Source: Bacteroidota bacterium (lineage in GTDB: Bacteria > Bacteroidota > Ignavibacteria > Kapaibacteriales > UBA2268). Taken from it: 50,848 bases of DNA. Position numbers and translations under genes: made by a program. The stretch spans positions 1 to 50,848 of the forward strand of contig JAJRTW010000043.1 of the NCBI GenBank assembly GCA_024278075.1, in the 5' to 3' direction. Below the pieces are notes generated by a model. That model saw only the letters and a list, made by a program, of their open reading frames with translations. It did no database searches and had not been told where the DNA came from. Positions 48,418-50,848 of the stretch are shown here, piece by piece. The first letter of the stretch is position 1; each line of letters begins with the position of its first letter.

Positions 48418-50526
48418 TTAGTTACCGTTAAAAACGATTGAAAAAACTGTCATATCGTCGTGCTGAATGCCATTAACCGAATGTCCGGCAAGGGCATTCC
48501 GAATGTCTATGTCAATTTCCTTAGCATCTCGCGGATTGGCCATGGCGGCAATTCTTTTAAGTGGCTCGAGGCCAAACTCGGAGTTGTCTGCTCCAAGCAA
48601 TTCATTCACACCATCGGTGAATAGCAGGCAAACGTCATTTCGGCTCAATGTTAACTCAATCTCTTCAAGCACCGGATCGAAAATATCCGGGCCAACCAGT
48701 CCAATACCCAGGCCCTTTGGCGTCATTAGATTGACAATGGATTCGGCCTTGATAACCAAAGGCGTATGGCCGGCGCGTGCAAACCTTAACATCCCGCTAT
48801 TATTAACTATCTCAACAGCGCTAACGGTTACGAACATTTGCTTTTCCATGGATCGGATCAATGTCTCGTTCATACGCATCAGCAGGTCTGCCGGGCCGCT
48901 TGCTATTTTAGAGTGCGCCAGCAGCACGCCCTTTACGTGGGCCATAAAAAATGCTGCGTTCATCCCCTTGCCCGATACATCACCGATAACTACGCAGGGA
49001 TTGCCATTCGACAGATTCACCACGTCATAGAAATCACCGCCGACCACATCGGCCGGCAACGAGAATGCAGATATAGAATAGTTCTGAATTTCCTGCAATT
49101 CCGATGGCAGTAATTTTTGCTGCATCTCTTTGGCTATTTGCAGTTCGCGGCGGTAATGTTCATTTTCTATTGCTTCTTTCAGCAGCCTGGAGTTGTCTAT
49201 TGCGATAGAGACGTTCTCTGAAAATGCTGTCATTACGTTGATTGCATCCGGCTCGAACCCAAATTCATCATGCTTGCAGACGATTAGTGACCCTATTCTC
49301 TCTTTGCCGGTAATGATTGGAGTAATTATCATTGACGAGGCAAAAGGTAATAATTTCTTGAGGAAATGAAATTCCTCGCTCTCCGGAATAGAGCTTATAT
49401 AATAAGGCCTGTCGAAGGCTGTGAATTTATCCTTTAATGCAAATTGTTGATGAACCTCGACGATTCTCTGCGGATTAAAATTAGTTGCTGACATGATCCT
49501 TATCCTGCCGCTGTCGTATATCTCTGTCCAGGCAGCTTCGGCGGAGGTTGAATTCATTGCCAACTTGGTAACAATCTCTATTAGGTCTTCGAACTCAACA
49601 TTTCTTGCAACTATATTATTAAGATAAGACAAGGAACTGATTCCCTGGCTGTGCCTTTCGACAATATCGGAAGTGGGAAGGGCCGCAACAGCCGACAGGA
49701 AAATTCTGGCTAATAATGCAATTAAATAGACATAGCTCATGGCAACTATCGGCACAAGGCCGGAAAGATAGTGGAGAAAGGATTTGTAGAAATCCGAATT
49801 ATCATCAAAGGCGTAAAACAGGATTATAAATGACAATATTATTTGAAGTGTGGACTGAAGAATCAGCTTTCCCTTTTCATTGCCGGGCAGTAATGCTATC
49901 CATGTGTTTTTCCTGGCCGTTGTCATTGTGACAGCAAGGAGTATAACAAAAATTATTGCCCCTACCACTCCTGCTATATCCTGATTAATTGATGTCCAGT
50001 AGATATCGACAAGCACGAAATAAATCAATGAAAAAGATAATATTTTGATGTTGCGTTTAGTTTTTTTATGCCTTCGTATCATCAGCCATTTATGTAGAAA
50101 TTTGTAAACAAACAGGCTTGTAAACAGCCCGAAAGCATCGAACAGTTCGATATAGAGAAGTGAAAAAATATTGCCCGGACGGCTGTTTTGGCTTGTTATA
50201 TCGGGCAGAAAGAAAATTGAAATAATAAATGCTGTCGTAAGAATAATTATCCATCTTAGGTCTTTAAAAAAATTAACTGTCAGATTATCCATTTTCCCGA
50301 TGGATTCCTTGTTAGACCTATAGAAATAGATGATCACAGGAAAGACAATAGCAAAAGCGGCCAATACATTCCATATTGCGATAACTGGATTATCAAGGAG
50401 ATTGAACGTAAAAAATACGATATTCCCCAATATCCTGACTATCAGGACAGCAGCAGCCAATGCAAGCAATAAGAAGTTATTCGCCTGGTTTATGATATAT
50501 GGCTTATTTCTTTTTAAGTTCTTCAT
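48418..50526 (-). CDS. Multi-TM GAF + PP2C (SpoIIE/RsbU-like) phosphatase
   Basis: About 8 TM helices, GAF (IGSL...F...SIAIDNSRL), ELQIAKEMQQKLLP, VGGDFYD, GDVSGKG, AGH, FTDGVNE, DDMT. Confidence 0.92.
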   Translation of the reverse strand: MKNLKRNKPYIINQANNFLLLALAAAVLIVRILGNIVFFTFNLLDNPVIAIWNVLAAFAIVFPVIIYFYRSNKESIGKMDNLTVNFFKDLRWIIILTTAFIISIFFLPDITSQNSRPGNIFSLLYIELFDAFGLFTSLFVYKFLHKWLMIRRHKKTKRNIKILSFSLIYFVLVDIYWTSINQDIAGVVGAIIFVILLAVTMTTARKNTWIALLPGNEKGKLILQSTLQIILSFIILFYAFDDNSDFYKSFLHYLSGLVPIVAMSYVYLIALLARIFLSAVAALPTSDIVERHSQGISSLSYLNNIVARNVEFEDLIEIVTKLAMNSTSAEAAWTEIYDSGRIRIMSATNFNPQRIVEVHQQFALKDKFTAFDRPYYISSIPESEEFHFLKKLLPFASSMIITPIITGKERIGSLIVCKHDEFGFEPDAINVMTAFSENVSIAIDNSRLLKEAIENEHYRRELQIAKEMQQKLLPSELQEIQNYSISAFSLPADVVGGDFYDVVNLSNGNPCVVIGDVSGKGMNAAFFMAHVKGVLLAHSKIASGPADLLMRMNETLIRSMEKQMFVTVSAVEIVNNSGMLRFARAGHTPLVIKAESIVNLMTPKGLGIGLVGPDIFDPVLEEIELTLSRNDVCLLFTDGVNELLGADNSEFGLEPLKRIAAMANPRDAKEIDIDIRNALAGHSVNGIQHDDMTVFSIVFNGN

Positions 50527-50791
50527 TTTTCTTATTATACGATTAAGAAACTCAAAGGTTGCTTAAGATAGCATTAATTTAAGATAGCACCTAAATTCCC
50601 AAAGTAAGTTAATTCCCAACTAAATATAACGATTACTTCACCAAAATCCACACCTTGCGTATTATTTGACTAATTCTTTTGCAGTTTCCACTCTTGCTAC
50701 AGCGATCAACCCAGCATTATAAGCTGGTTAATACTTTTTGAGCGCAAGTCTCCACTGCATCATGATTTGTTTTCTCTTTATAATTTGTTAG

Positions 50792-50848
50792 TTACGCAAA
50801 AGATAAATTATCGACTGCTTCATCAATTTTTCGCCACCTGACCTTGTA
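50792..50848 (-). CDS. Possible 3' end of an upstream gene (truncated by the window edge)
   Basis: Open frame from the window end, YKVRWRKIDEAVDNLSFA*; too short to identify. Confidence 0.25.
   Translation of the reverse strand, partial: YKVRWRKIDEAVDNLSFA

Noticed and set aside
1-50848. tRNA, rRNA, prophage or defence-system genes
   Set aside because: No cloverleaf or rRNA signatures, and no integrase, phage structural, cas or restriction-modification motifs in the ORFs.

Overview
Chromosomal window from an FCB-group bacterium. The type IX secretion (T9SS) C-terminal sorting domains, a CxxxY-type CcmE and clear AGGAG/GGAGG ribosome-binding sites suggest a Kapabacteria/Ignavibacteria/Chlorobi-like lineage rather than Bacteroidia (inference). 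Most of the window is core metabolism: a KamA-like radical SAM enzyme, a DnaJ/CbpA-like protein, a PPi-type Pfk, agmatinase, a co-oriented ackA-pta-ammonia-lyase-ptb-buk run, an amidase, a TonB-dependent receptor, YitJ-like Hcy-methyltransferase/MTHFR, carAB, metH, a ccmC-D-E-F-tlpA cluster and an RsbU-V-W-like partner-switching module. It also holds an orphan multi-PAS kinase and two T9SS cargo proteins. The most notable observations are: (1) an AT-rich three-gene cassette at 14.5-16.9 kb (small secreted 2-Cys peptide, terminator, probable beta-propeller lipoprotein, CxxC protein), preceded by 11-bp phased repeats and a divergent structured RNA; (2) a MIO ammonia-lyase with Ala-Cys-Gly instead of Ala-Ser-Gly, set among acyl-phosphate/kinase genes; (3) an unannotated leader peptide and terminator upstream of carAB; (4) several families of MITE/REP-like repeats, often nested inside one another; (5) a hidden IS3 remnant and a ccmD gene below the ORF-track size cutoff. 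No rRNA, tRNA, CRISPR array or recognisable riboswitch was seen. All calls come from reading motifs by eye; no database searches were run.
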